A stretch of 64,000 nucleotides of DNA, taken from Eledone cirrhosa. Its lineage: Eukaryota. Below the pieces are notes generated by a model. The model did not search any database. It was not told where the DNA came from and saw only the letters and a program-made list of their open reading frames with translations. The translations under genes were made by a program, and so were the position numbers. Below are positions 26,993 through 40,732 of the stretch, piece after piece; positions within the stretch are counted from its first letter, which is position 1; every line of letters begins with the position of its first letter. Location of the stretch: assembly GCA_964016885.1 (NCBI GenBank), contig OZ024743.1, positions 304,296,001 to 304,360,000 of the forward strand, read 5' to 3'.

Positions 26993-28052
26993 AATACATA
27001 AACGGAGAAAGTTATTAGCCTTACTCCGATCAAATTCCAACTCACTCAACAAACATTAGGAAATACCGCAGTATATTCCCAATTAAACGTTGGTCGTGCT
27101 AACTATATTGTATTGTGTGGATAATCGGTTGGATTATTTTATATGAGATATATTAAAATTTCATTCCCCATACGATCGTTTCATTATAATATTTCAACAT
27201 GGTGGGCGAAATTTTACCAAGTTGTGTAGAAGCCTGCATAAGATCAATGGATTTCCATGCAAGTGGCCACTTATAAATCTTCAGTGGGTGCCCAATAATA
27301 TCAATATTAATAACTAAATCAACATTAATATTTAACCATAATCTCCATCAGTGCTAGAAAGAGCTGCCTAGGTTGTATGTCCAGCAGTTCTAAATAAAAT
27401 CTCACACTGTCTCCAAATGGAAGAGGCATGTCTTCGTGAAAAATAAAATAATATACACGCAGGTCATTGAACCCTGTCAAGAATTCAAGCCTCGTGGGAA
27501 GAAATCAATTGGATATGAAAAAGTAAATATGTGTACACTGTTTTAAGGACATATAGAGGTATTTTCTCGGGCAAAATAACAGATATGAGATACAGGAACA
27601 AACAATCAATATTTATATTAAAAAAAGGAAATAAAGAGAGTCATACCTTATATCGGGAAAATTCATGTCTGGCGATCCAAGTGTATAATACATAATTACA
27701 TAAATGGAGAAAGCTATTAGCGTTACTCCGACCAATTTCCAACTCACTCATCAAACATTAGGAAATACCGGAGTATATTCCCAATTAAACGTTTGGGTGC
27801 TAAACATATTGTATTGTGTGGATAATCGGCTGTATTATATATATATATATATATATATATAACACCCCAGTGCTCACTGATTAACCTCGATGTCACGTGA
27901 TTGATTCTTTTGAATTTGCCACTGACCGGGAAGGCAGTGAAATTTTCAGTGTCTTGAAATTTAGTCCGCGCTTGCTTTTTTTCCATTCACTGAATTATTT
28001 TTGTTTGAGCTCCCTGTGTCCGCCTATCGCCAGGATTCTCAGCCGAGAATTG

Positions 28053-28128
28053 ACTCCCTGATGAAGAAAGGATTCTCCATAGGTTAAACACTATGTATAT
28101 CCCCTTTCAGAAACTAATTAGTTGGAGT
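28053..28128 (+). ncRNA. Type I hammerhead ribozyme
   Basis: ACTCC-CTGATGA-aGAAAGG...CCTTTCa-GAA-ACTAATTAGT-T^GGAGT; perfect 10-nt palindromic helix III, GUU triplet. Confidence 0.75.
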
Positions 28129-28188
28129 GAAACTTAAGTAAGTTAATTACTATAATTTTCTTATTTTACGTCTTTCATATATATATAT

Positions 28189-28293
28189 AATGTATAATAA
28201 ACAATGCAATATAATTACCTCATTACCAGAGGTTTCCCGTATAAGACGAATATAATAATGAGGTAATTATATTGTATTGTTTATTATCCATTA
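28189..28293. repeat. Short inverted repeat (~37-bp arms)
   Basis: ataataaacaatgcaatataattacctcatta / taatgaggtaattatattgtattgtttattat. Confidence 0.85.
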
Positions 28294-28428
28294 AATCTAG
28301 CTCTGTAACTTACATAGAGCACTCCTCACTCCTATGACTTTTTCAATTTTCAACGGAAACTTCAATACTTATATATATATATAGAGAGAGAGAGAGGGAG
28401 GGGGAGTGAGAGAGAAAGAAAGATAGAA

Positions 28429-28459
<31 letters not shown>

Positions 28460-28461
28460 TA

Positions 28462-28523
<62 letters not shown>

Positions 28524-28779
28524 TCTGTGAATGTGTGTGTGTATGTACTTGCCTATTCGGGAAAATCAGTTACATTGAACATGATCATATACCTATTTTA
28601 TTGTTTGGCTTGGACTGATGGCTAGAATCGTTGAAATATAAAAACAAAGGAAAAACTCATTTCATTCCCTAGCCAGACCGGAGTAAATGTAAGTATTAAC
28701 CAATTCAGCAACAAATCATCCAGCAGAAAATTTAACTTTTAGTACCTATAAGAAAATGAAAATATATACGCAAATATAA

Positions 28780-30250
28780 CAGGGCCAGATTTAACCCATG
28801 GAGGCCCGGGACTCTACTGTTGTAGTGCCGCCTCCCTACGCAAAAATTATAATATACACTAAATCCACAAAATTCATCCAATTTGAATTGGCAAGTTATA
28901 CATACATACAGCCTTATGTGGATTTGCATTGGCATGTAGTGCCTCCTGTTGTTGATTTGTAGTTGGTGATGATTCAGAGATTCTTGGCTTACAGTTTTAA
29001 AACTTGATACTTACCAAGAATGGATTTTAGAAACTGTTCTACAATATCAGTTAGATCAATCACTCTATTCAGATCATCTTCAAATCCTTGGCAATATTTG
29101 ATCATGCTGTTTAATTAATTGTACAAGAATTAAATTCCATATATGGGCCACCCGTGCAATTCCCACACAGTCTGCCAATGTCTGTGCTTTACATCTTGTG
29201 TCAGATGTTTTTTCCAGGTCACTTCCAATATATCGTAGTATACTTTAAATATAGTCACACACATCTACGGGGGCTTCAGATCTTGCTGAACAATGTATGT
29301 TTGATACGTATATCACAATTAGTGCTGTTTTGATATCACCCAAGACATCATTAGACTTTCCTATCAGCATCGTTACAGCACACAACAGTAAGTTGTTCAA
29401 CTAGATGCATTGCGTCAGCTGCAAAATATATAAAAACAGCTGCTGGGATCTTAACCGTAAGTCTGGGCTTCATTCCTGAACATTGTGACCACACAAATTG
29501 CTGGCAATCTCATTGGGCTGCCCTCTGCACTCATCATAATCAATTCCCTCTTCTTTTAAAATATAGAGCAAAGGAATTGCTAGTACATCAGATTTGTGAG
29601 AGCCAGCCTGTAGGAAAGTCAAATACATTTCTAACGGCTTCCTGGTAACAACATATTGTACAATGAATATAAACTGATCAACACGCTGGAAGTCTGAAAC
29701 TGAGAAGTACCATATTTGATGGCATATTTTAACCGCTATCATATAGGACCCCTTCCAATTTCAGAAGATTGTATTTAGAAAAATCTTTAGCTTACCAGAT
29801 AGCTAAATTTGCATATGGCCCATGTTATTATTTTAGCAATTATCTTTGGTTCAAATCTGGTACTTGGAAATTTTAACTTCAGCCAAATATGATTCTTAAA
29901 ATATTTTGACATCAACAGAATAATTTCTTCTTCGCAGATTGTCGATGATAAATATGACAGCTTACAACTTCCAAGGTTGCCAAATCCCAATAAAATTGTA
30001 CAAATAGTTCCTTAGAAGGTGAGCGGAGGTCCTCTATTGAAGATTGAACATGACCTTGAACTTGTTAATGAGTTCTCACACTTGTCTCTAAATGTTAATA
30101 CAATACGACGGAGACATGGATCCCACTTTGTGTAATCTGTAAATGATAAAGCAGAAGTGTGAAAAAGAAAGCCAAAGAACAGAAGAGCTCTTCGCATAGT
30201 ATTCTTACATCATATTTAGATTTGTCAAAACATCGATATTGTGGGATAAG
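28780..30250 (-). pseudogene. hAT-superfamily (ZMYM1/DUF4371-like) transposase relic with candidate TIR
   Basis: ORF 29470-29742: DQFIFIVQYV...GIDYDECRGQPNEIASNLCG (CRGQxYDxAxNMSG-like); SYLSSTICEE in ORF 29787-29990; CAGGGCCAGATTTA at 28780 resembles hAT TIRs. Confidence 0.75.
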
Positions 30251-30337
30251 TAGTGAACATTGCGTGTTTGTATTTTTTTTTTGTCAACATGTATTTATAA
30301 AAACATAATTATATAAATATATAATTATATGCGCACT

Positions 30338-30440
<103 letters not shown>

Positions 30441-31684
30441 TCATATATGTGTATTTATGCAGGGGTGTATCATCTTCAGACAATAAATTAAATTCGAAAG
30501 TTCCGATTATCTCTATACCAACATATAAATAGCGATTAAAGTTGATTATCAATTTAGAGATAAAGTCGTGTTTTTCGGCATATTTACATGTTTACATGCC
30601 TACATGTGTGTCTATTTATACACGTTGGTGACGTTTCGGTTACACACTCTCTATAGATTTATTTTTAACATACATTTCGGTTTAGGCGCTCTTCCTATTT
30701 ATTATATAGGCAGTCACCTAATGTACTTTTCAATATTCCATTTTCTATTTACTTTTCCCTATATTCCATTATATATTTGTTTCAACGTTTGGTATCTGGG
30801 TGATGCCGAGTTGGGTAAACCCGTGGACACTGTTTGCCACGATCTGCGATCGTTGGTTTCTGTTCTGGCGAGAATCGGCATCGAGGTTAACTGGCCCAAG
30901 TCGGAGATGGTGAATGTCAACTTCGACGCTAAGGGCTTTGCAGTTTCTGTCTCGGACATACAATCAATTATTTACTAGATGCAGCTCGACAGGCACAACT
31001 TCGCATGTTTTCGCTCGACCTCGCAACCTCACAGAGTTGTCTCGCTCAATGCCATACTCTCCTTTTCGACATGCACGCAGCTGGATAATGATAGCCTGTG
31101 AATCGGAGTTTCCCTGGGGCTCCGCCTCCGGATCTGCGAGCCAACGTGTCGACCCCCATTTGCTCACAATAGTGAAAGATTAATATAAAGTTGCATTAGT
31201 CGCAACGTTAAAATAAAGAGAGTGAGTTTCATAGTCAACGTATCGGGCATTTGCGATCCAACGGGAAAAACACAAAAGAAAAAGCGCAAAGAAATAACAT
31301 TTAAAGAAAATTAGATAGAAAATTAGAAAGAAAATAATTAGGAGATGGGATGGAGTATGAATAATGATGGGTAAGGAAGTGGTCTATGTGTAGGTGTGGA
31401 GGTCGCAGTGTGGTGTACAGACGTGTATTCGGTGGTAGTACAAATATATGCTGCAGAGTATGATACGAATGTGCATGTTCGTGTTAAGTGTATTGTTGGC
31501 GGAAGTGTTATGTGTGAGTGTGTGTAACAAGCTTCCACGGGCGCCCACTCACGCATCAATTGTATACACATACATCCGGATCAATATGTACGCATTTGTG
31601 AATATGTGTGCGCGTGTGTATATTTGCATGTATGTTTGGAAGAGATGTGTGGTTGTTGGTATATATTGTGTGGTTGCATGTATT

Positions 31685-31734
<50 letters not shown>

Positions 31735-31879
31735 AAAAGGGTGGGCTGGGTTCTCGTATGTAGTATGGTTTAAGATGGGCTTTCGTATTCAGGTTGGTAA
31801 ATCCGAAGTGTAATGAGGCCGTGTGAAATGAGGAAGAGAAAGTAATTGCGGGTGAGTGGTAATTACGTGAAGGGTATAG

Positions 31880-31990
<111 letters not shown>

Positions 31991-32729
31991 TTTGTGTGTG
32001 TGTGTAAGAGATAAATTGTGGTGGCAGTGTTCTAAGGCAGAACTAGTGGTGGGGGTGTTATGGTCACTGGTCAAATAGAGTGTAAGGGAATGAGGTTGAA
32101 GGAGTGTGTGGTGAATGAGAGATATGTTACATATGCACATGTAGACATTTTGTTTGTATTTATTAAAGGAGATGGAACCTGAATAGATTACAGTTATTGT
32201 GAACAACTACAGTTTGGTGTACTATAATTCGGAAGAATTCTTTACATTTTCCTTAATTAGTAATAGGATTTCTTCTATTTTACGGTCCATTGCATACTGC
32301 GAATAAGATTTAAAAAACATTGTTATCAGAGTAAAGTATAATCAGAGGATTAGTGAAACAATAAAGCAGAAGATAAGATGCTATAATAAAACAAGAATCC
32401 CAGATTAAAAGCACATAGAATGCTGTACATTCCTGCCAATTGTCTTCTATGAACCTGCTTCTATATCACGATGTGTTTGTATAAATGCATAGAGATTGTT
32501 ATAGTTGCTGAATAAACAGCAACAAAAAGAAACAGGCACCGACTTGATTGCTGATGCTATCGATCCCAAAGGAAATACTAACTAAAATGATATAAACTTT
32601 GCAGCAAACCATATTACAGGAAAGAGACCACTTCCTAGCGTATGTGAGATTCGTCCCAGTTGATGCTTAGGTAAAATATCGGAAATCCCAGTGATTATGA
32701 CATAATTAGAGCAGGATATAAGTAGAGAA

Positions 32730-33516
32730 ATGGGTTACCATCATTCTTGGAGCGGCTTTAGGTTTCGACATATTTAAATTGACCAGTCTGAGTCGGAGGA
32801 GTTTCGAACCGAGGCACTGTCGATTCTAAATAAACTCTATAGTCATGGGAATGCGGTCAGAATGACCTGTCCGAGATACACACAGAACGATAACACAGTT
32901 ATGCATGCACTGGTCCAATGTCCGCGCATTACTAACTTGTGGATTTATTTATAACATCTTTTATCACGTATGGGACGTACCTGGCTAGCGACTGAGTTCA
33001 TAGTGAAGATAGCCCCGCCGCCCTTTGGCCGGGAAAGACAGGCAGTTTCCCTCAGTCTGGTGACCGTAGCGAAAGAGGTTGTGTAGTGGACAAGTTTGAA
33101 AGGACTGATGACAGACACTTTTCTTTTCGGCCAATCCCTCATCAACTTACTTGGAACGTAAGGTGAGAACGAAGGAGATGTGCTGCCTCCCAGTTATTTG
33201 CTAAAATGTGTGTAAATGTTTCGAGAATGACCCGTGTCATTGAACCTACTCTGAACATGCGCTTGTAGGCTGGCTAATTTGAAGAAGGGAAAGGTGAGCT
33301 CCTCGGGTGGCTCAGGATTGATGGGGTTCTTGAGTCACCACTGGGTGGTTATCCCCCTATTGGGGAATTGTTATTTTCATAATTTTTTTATTGTTATTGT
33401 TTTTTATATTGTTTATTCGAATTTTCTGTAGAACCACACTGTCCCTCTCTTTTGTATTGTCACCTATATGTCGGCCCTTGTGGCCAATAACTGAAACAAC
33501 AACAACAACAACAACA

Positions 33517-33561
<45 letters not shown>
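32730..33561 (+). mobile_element. Tx1/L1-like LINE 3' end (zf-RVT remnant) with (ACA)n(CTA)n tail
   Basis: TCPR...TVMHALVQCPRITNLW (CCHC-like) near 32865-32942; gcccttgtggccaataa followed by simple repeats. Confidence 0.7.
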
Positions 33562-34117
33562 GTTTGTTGTTTTTCATATTTGTATTGAAATTAATTTTCG
33601 TAGCATGTGTTCAGCGTTTAGCGTCTAGTAATGTAATTTTATGTATGTATTTGTACGCCCCATTGCTGTGGTAATGTAGAGAATTACATCCGTGTGTGGG
33701 TTATTTTTCTATCAGATTATATCAGAAAACCCGGATAAATGTTTATTTCTTGTAGTGCATATCGACAATTATTTTGTTTTTCAACAGTTTCTTATGAGTT
33801 CTACTTTCATAATCGTAAGGTGCGTGAACCATTGTCTGTTGTCTCTAAAGAATTGTGTTTATTTAATGGGGTTTTTTCTGTGAAATATGTGCAATTTGAA
33901 TTGTTTTGTTTTTTTTGTGGCATGTTTGTAAGGTATGAGCTTTGCTTTGTGTTTTGTGATTTAGTGTTGGCGTGTGATAGTGTAATTTATAAGGTGTGTG
34001 TGTTGTAATAGTTTGTTGGGTGTTTGGCAATGTATAGAATGTATATTGTTTTATTTGGCGGTGTTATAAATCCGTGTGTCAATCATGTCTACATTTGCTG
34101 TATTATTTCATTGGTTT

Positions 34118-34308
34118 GAATTGGCAGTATTGGCAGTATCGGTAGAGAGTCGGACGCCATACTTTCCAGCATAGTTACGTCCCTTTACGGTCTGAGTTCA
34201 AATCCCGCCGAGGTTAACTTTGCCTTTCATACTTACGGGGTCGATAAAATAAAGTACCAGTAATGTACTGGGTTATTGATGGCCTTGTGCCAAAAGTAGA
34301 AAGAATTA
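34118..34308 (+). mobile_element. SINE copy
   Basis: ttggcagtatcggtagagagtcggacgcc...gagttcaaatcccgccgaggttaactttgcctttc. Confidence 0.9.
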
Positions 34309-34869
34309 TTTCATTGTTTTGAGTAATAACTGTGTAGATTATTCGTTGCCTTACATTTTTTGCCGGAGACTCCTTAAGGCATATGTTATTTTTATTGGCT
34401 CAATATTGGGTGAAGTACCTGCCATATGTTGAAAGAGTATTGTTATATGTGTGATTTCGAATTCATAGATTGTACCTCGTGAGTGTATCTATTATTAAAA
34501 TGTTCTGAGACTAGGTATGATCAGTCCAGTTTCTTCATATGGATTTCATAACTTTTGCAACAATTAATTTTTAGTTATTTTAAGTGTGTCCCTGAGATAC
34601 TGTTTCTCTCAATAGCAACGCTTTGTACTTAAATATTTTCTGCACCTCCTTCCTTCTAAACATTTCCTCTGGAAAGGATGAGATGTCTATCAGAGTGAAC
34701 TGCGTGAACTGTTTGTCTTGAGCTGCTTGTCAATATAAAGACATTTCCCAGAATATTTTCATGGACAGTGATTGGGATAACATTATATTTCTTTTCATCT
34801 ATTTTCATGATGACGCTTGATTATCATTTATATATTCTTAAGGATAACGTGATCAATTAGCTCATTGGG

Positions 34870-35236
34870 TTCGGGTGACCGTTTCTCGATCGTATAGAAC
34901 TGTTTCGAGCTGGTGTTCTACGGTTGGATGCCCTTCCTAACGCCAAGCACAATTACAATGTGTGCTGGATGCTTTTTGCCGTGTCTCCTACGCGACCAAT
35001 TTACAGTGAGGACTGGGTTATTTTGTGTGGTTGGCTGTTAACTTCCTTGTTTTGTTTTTATATTTGTAGGTGGGGAATATTTCCTGCAGATGAAATGAGA
35101 GTTGTTTCTGTTTCTAGCCCAGTGTGTTGAGCCATATTAGACATTCCGTTTATTTTTATTCCTCTCTACTAATTTAGGAAAAAAAAAAAACAGTATAAAA
35201 GAGAAAACTAGAAGAGATTACTACAAAACGTCAGTC

Positions 35237-35270
<34 letters not shown>

Positions 35271-35455
35271 TTAACGTCTATCTTCAACGCTAGCATGGGT
35301 TTGACGGGTTTGTCCGATTTGAGGCAGGTTTTGTCGGGTGACCGTGTCTCGATCGTATAGAACTGTTTCGGGCTGGTGTTCTACGGTTCGATGCCCTTCC
35401 TAACGCCAAGCACATTTACAATGTGTGCTGGATGTTTTTTGCCGTGTCTCCTACG
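34870..35455 (-). mobile_element. RTE-tail-related short element, two copies (34870-34993, 35239-35455)
   Basis: (CAT)n ttaacgtc...gcatgggtttgacggg...gatgcccttcctaacgcc, the reverse complement of the LINE tail at 13060-13210. Confidence 0.75.
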
Positions 35456-37970
35456 AGAATGTTGTCTGATACAAATAGAGAACTACTAGAAAGTAACAAA
35501 ATGAGACTATAGAACACATAGAAGCAATCCATTGGCATCTAATGAATATAATAATGAATTATGGAAAAAACAAAATAAATATATATATAAGGAAACAACA
35601 AATTGAAACTAGATTTACAAAAGAACAAAGGAAAGAACACAGTAAGGAAATTTGAACAAAGTATAACGCCATTCCATCATATGTTAATAATAAGTGAAAA
35701 AGGAAATTACACCCCAGTTCATCAATACATTGCGTTGCTAGTATATTGTGTTAAAACTGTAGGTCATAGCTGCAATGCTGTGTGTATATATGTATATACC
35801 CATTGTCATATTTCTGTTGTTGCCTTCAGTTTTTAGAATTAGTTTGACACGTTTTAGTAAAGATTTTTTTTTATTTTCTCTTTCATTACTCATCACTTAT
35901 CATTTTCATATATTCCTAATTATAGTATGTTTGACCCTGGGGTAATTCTATGATGTCTTTGTATAAAATCTAATGCCATTATCCAGCATATCATTATCCT
36001 GTTAAGACCTCCGTAATAGAAGAAATAATTTATAGTTTGTTATTTGTAAATATAACCATTAATTGTTTTATATGGAGTCACACATGGAGTCATCGGTATT
36101 CAAACATTGTCGAGAAGATAATTGGTGTCTGAAATCGTCCTTTAATTAATAGAGTGTCAGTTTAAATGTAATGCTCTTTATCATCAAATGTAGTTTGTTT
36201 CCGACTTTAGTAGCATGATACATGCACTAAGTTTGTGACTTTTGATTTCACTTCAATATGCACATTTATAATACATCCGTACTTGGTGGTCCATTTATTT
36301 TGCTGTGGTTGTTCCTCTTTATTATATTTCTTTCGTATCATTAATGAGGATCCTGCTTTATTTGCGAGATATGAACAGTATATGGTAGCCCTTTATGACG
36401 ATTGCTATCATTCACTTTAGCCACACGGGTCTCTATTTCTCGCAGCGCCATTTTTCGCACATTATTTTTTTCCTATACTCCCGGTTGTCTAGATTCCAAT
36501 TTCAAATTTTACTGATATCAACGTTAGCTTTTATCGTTCTAAATTTGATAAAATATAGTACATGTCAAGTATTTTTGGTAAATTTTACGGATTACCCTGC
36601 ACCATACAAAGTGACATATATTATTGTAATTTTCATGACAATAAATTACTGCAGTTTTAAGTGCTTCGTTTATGATGTACTATTTCTCAGCATTCATTTA
36701 ACATTATTGGTGTTATATAAGAGTTATTGTTGATTTAAATATAGAGAAGGACCTAATTTTGTTTTTATTATATTTTTTACTTGTTTCCTCGTCTCCTTTT
36801 CTTGTTTTATTTTACACTTCTTGGTTATATTTCACTAATTTCTTTTTTATTAACGTTGGTATTTACGTAACAAGCTGTTGTAGTTATCTCTTTTCTTAAG
36901 AGTATTTTTTTGTTTTGTTTTTGTATTTGTTTATAGTTTCTTAGCTGTCTCTGTTTCAGTCGTTGGTATATAAATGTCAGCCTTATTACTGGTACCATTG
37001 CAATTTTTTACTCGAAATTTCTTTTCAATATTTCTCCATTTTACTCAGTCGTTAAATTATTTGCTTTGTTTCCTTTTACTCCAAGTGTTAAGTCATGTTG
37101 ATTTTTTTAAAAACAAAAATTCTCGTGTCTTACTAATGTAATTTAATACAGCTACCTACAAATACCTTAATATCTTTGTGATTTCCATTGTTGTTATTGT
37201 TACTGAAGCTACTGTTATTTATCTGTTATTATGTTCATGGTAAAGGTAGTGCTGGCGCTATATATATTTATTTATTGGCGTGCTATTTTCATGTATGTGC
37301 ATGATTACTTGTAATGTTGTCACACTTTTCGTTGATATTCTAATGTCAGGGGTAGTAAGTAGCATTGTGGTGCTAAAGCTGCAATAGTCGTATTTTTATA
37401 TTTCACTATTTTCTTCTTTCGCACTAATGTCGCATTTATCATTGTTATTTTAGCTTTCTCTGTGAAAGATATGATGATGACGGTGTTATTGCTGCAGACA
37501 GTTGATTCGCTCTTAGTATATTATGTGTGTTTTTGAAGTTTTGGGATTTTTTTTTATTATACATTATTTTGTTATTTTCAAGGTTTTCGATTTCTGTTGA
37601 ATTTTGGTTTTCACATAAATTTACGTGTTATTTAACTTTATTTCTTCAATAATGTCATTATTTTTGTTGTGTTGCACTTATTGTTATTTTTCTGTATATT
37701 ATTGTTAGTGTGCCTATTCCTCATTCGTTGTTTATTATTATTGTTATTGCATTATTTATTGTAGTTTTAGTTTCTTTTTAAAATCATTTCATGACTGATA
37801 TCAGAAAATGTGTTTCACTTGATTTTGTTATACCTTTGATTTGTTGATTGCATCTTTATGTTGATACAATTGCATTTGTTAAATACGACTACTTGTGGCG
37901 GTTCACCCATGTATAATACTGGTGTGTATTTTCATCGGACACAGTAGATTTAGTGGGAAATTAAAACATG

Positions 37971-38052
37971 TCTTCTTCTTCTTCTTCTTCTTCTTCTTCT
38001 TCTTCTTCTTCTTCTTCTTCTTCTTCTTCTTCTTCTTCTTCTTCTTCTTCTT
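37971..38052. repeat. (TTC)n microsatellite
   Basis: Read directly from the sequence. Confidence 0.95.
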
Positions 38053-38628
38053 GCGTATGAGCCTCTTGCTGCCTTAGTTGTTGATGGTCACCTGATCGGG
38101 ATCAGAAATCAGTGATCAGTTTTCAGGGCCCAGAACTTATTCCTTGAGCTCATAAAATTACAGGGGATTGGTGCGAGTCTTTTTAATTTTGATATTTGTG
38201 CTCCTAATTTCTTCATTAGTAGAGCTTTCTGTGTTGAATAGTTATATTTCTAGCGGTTTCTTAATCCTTTCAGGCCACTATATACTCTCTAGCGCGCATG
38301 TTTTCATTTTCTCTCACTATGTATTTTATTCAGTTTTCTGAAATCACTTTAGAGGTGTCGGCGATATCTTCTCTACACCTGTTGACAACACATGATAGAG
38401 TATGGTACCAAGACTATTATATGGCGAAATATTCTCTTCTTTGAGACTGTCCAGGCGTTGTATAGTTATAAAGGTGGGTTTTTACGTTTTTATTTTACCT
38501 TTTAATTAATATGTATTTTGACCGCTTTTCGTAGATCGTATATTCTTCACTATAATGGTTCTCTACCCCTTGTAACTGAAAACATACCCCTTTTTGTGTT
38601 TTCTTTTCTATATTCTGCATTATCTCTC

Positions 38629-38723
<95 letters not shown>

Positions 38724-38805
38724 GTTATTCCGGGTTGAATCGGAGGTAACCACAGTAAGTAAGGTACTCAATACATTGCAGAGTATAAAAGTTTTAATAT
38801 AGATG

Positions 38806-38856
38806 AGATTCTACAGGACTAGAACTGTTTCATTCTTTAGAAATCATCAGGAATCT
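38806..38856 (-). ncRNA. Type I hammerhead ribozyme
   Basis: AGATTC-CTGATGA-tTTC taaa GAAt-GAA-ACAG ttctagtc CTGT-A^GAATCT; about 85 nt from (TA)n. Confidence 0.8.
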
Positions 38857-39339
38857 GGGTATCAAAAAATAAGTATGGTATTTATAGGTCTCTACAAGTG
38901 GTAGGAGAGGGTGGGGAGTGGGATGGGTGTAGGTCATTGGTTGATAGAAAAGGGTATTCATTAAAAGCTAATTCTACAAAGCTATAGTTTATTTTTATTT
39001 ATTTTTGTTTTTAGAGTAACAAAGGCAGACAGAATTCTATAAACAGGTTCAGGATGGCATGCCACTCCTTATTATTAAGTTTCTCTTAAGCTAACAGGTG
39101 TCTATAAGATCAGTGGGGGGTCAGTCATGGTAGATAGATTTAAAGGAAAGGGAGATTCTTTAAAAGCTAAATTCATTATGATTCTACTAAGTGACAAAGG
39201 TTTAGAGAATTCTGTACACAAATTCAAAATTTTGAGTGCATATCTTACAATTATCTTCAAATTTCTCTTAAACTATTCAACAATATGCCAAAAATCAACA
39301 GACACATTCACAAAACACACTCACTCACACACTCGCGCG

Positions 39340-39412
39340 CAACCATAAACACACATACACATATACACACATAAAGACACACACACACATATAAATATAT
39401 TTATATATATAT

Positions 39413-39455
<43 letters not shown>

Positions 39456-39752
39456 TACACATACACATAAATGCATATACACACACACACACATACATAC
39501 ACACATATATATACATGTGTATATATATATATATATACACATATATATATATATATATATAAATATATATACATACACACACATACACACACACATACAT
39601 ACATATATATATATACACACACACACATATACACATATATAAGGAAAAATTGAACGGGAATAAAACAGAACATATATATATACACACACATACACCATAC
39701 ATACATATATTTATATATATATAGAGAGAGAGATACACCATTCATACATATA

Positions 39753-39794
<42 letters not shown>

Positions 39795-39883
39795 CATACA
39801 CATACACATACAAATACATATATACATATATATATATACATATATACACATATATATATATATACACATATATATAAATATAT

Positions 39884-39928
<45 letters not shown>

Positions 39929-40019
39929 CACATACATATACACACACATATAGACACACATACATATATATAAATATATATATAAATACATACATACACA
40001 TACATATACACATATACAC

Positions 40020-40058
<39 letters not shown>

Positions 40059-40142
40059 TATACGTACACACATCTATCTATATATATATATATATATATA
40101 TATACAAACACACACATATATATACATACACATACACACAAG

Positions 40143-40200
<58 letters not shown>

Positions 40201-40235
40201 CATATATACACATACATACATATATACACATATAT

Positions 40236-40290
<55 letters not shown>

Positions 40291-40340
40291 CACATATACA
40301 TACACATACACATATATACAAACATATATATATATATAAT
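39340..40340. repeat. Compound (TA)/(CA) microsatellite, ~1 kb
   Basis: Read directly; source of many spurious YI/VC ORFs. Confidence 0.95.
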
Positions 40341-40500
40341 TTGGATTTAATGCTCTGAAATAGCGATATATATGTGAAGACAAACATAGAATATTCGAAA
40401 ATATTCTGTATGTTTATAATAAACATTTTGAAGACCCAATCGCTATAGAATAGAATACGTCACGTATTACAATTTGAGATTCTCGATAAAAGTAAGGGAA

Positions 40501-40543
40501 GTAATCTACGCGTTTCATTCTTGTTAGAAATCTTCAGGATTAC
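40501..40543 (-). ncRNA. Minimal type I hammerhead ribozyme
   Basis: GTAATC-CTGAAGA-tTTC taacaa GAAt-GAA-ACGCGT-A^GATTAC; outer stem ttctcgataaaagta/tacttttatcgagaa. Confidence 0.85.
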
Positions 40544-40608
40544 ATATCCAATACTTTTATCGAGAACGACACAGCTAGAGACTTATAGAATACTTAGCTG
40601 TTTGTCTT

Positions 40609-40665
<57 letters not shown>

Positions 40666-40732
40666 ATATACACACATACACTCAAATATATACACATACA
40701 AATAAATAAGTACTCAATAACAGCCTACTCCA

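Noticed and set aside
30630-30650. GACGTTTCGG (reverse complement of CCGAAACGTC)
   Set aside because: No matching YUGANRA core nearby.
39455-40426. Long ORFs such as the 323-aa YI/VC/HT-rich frame and many similar ones
   Set aside because: They are translations of (TA)n/(CA)n microsatellites.
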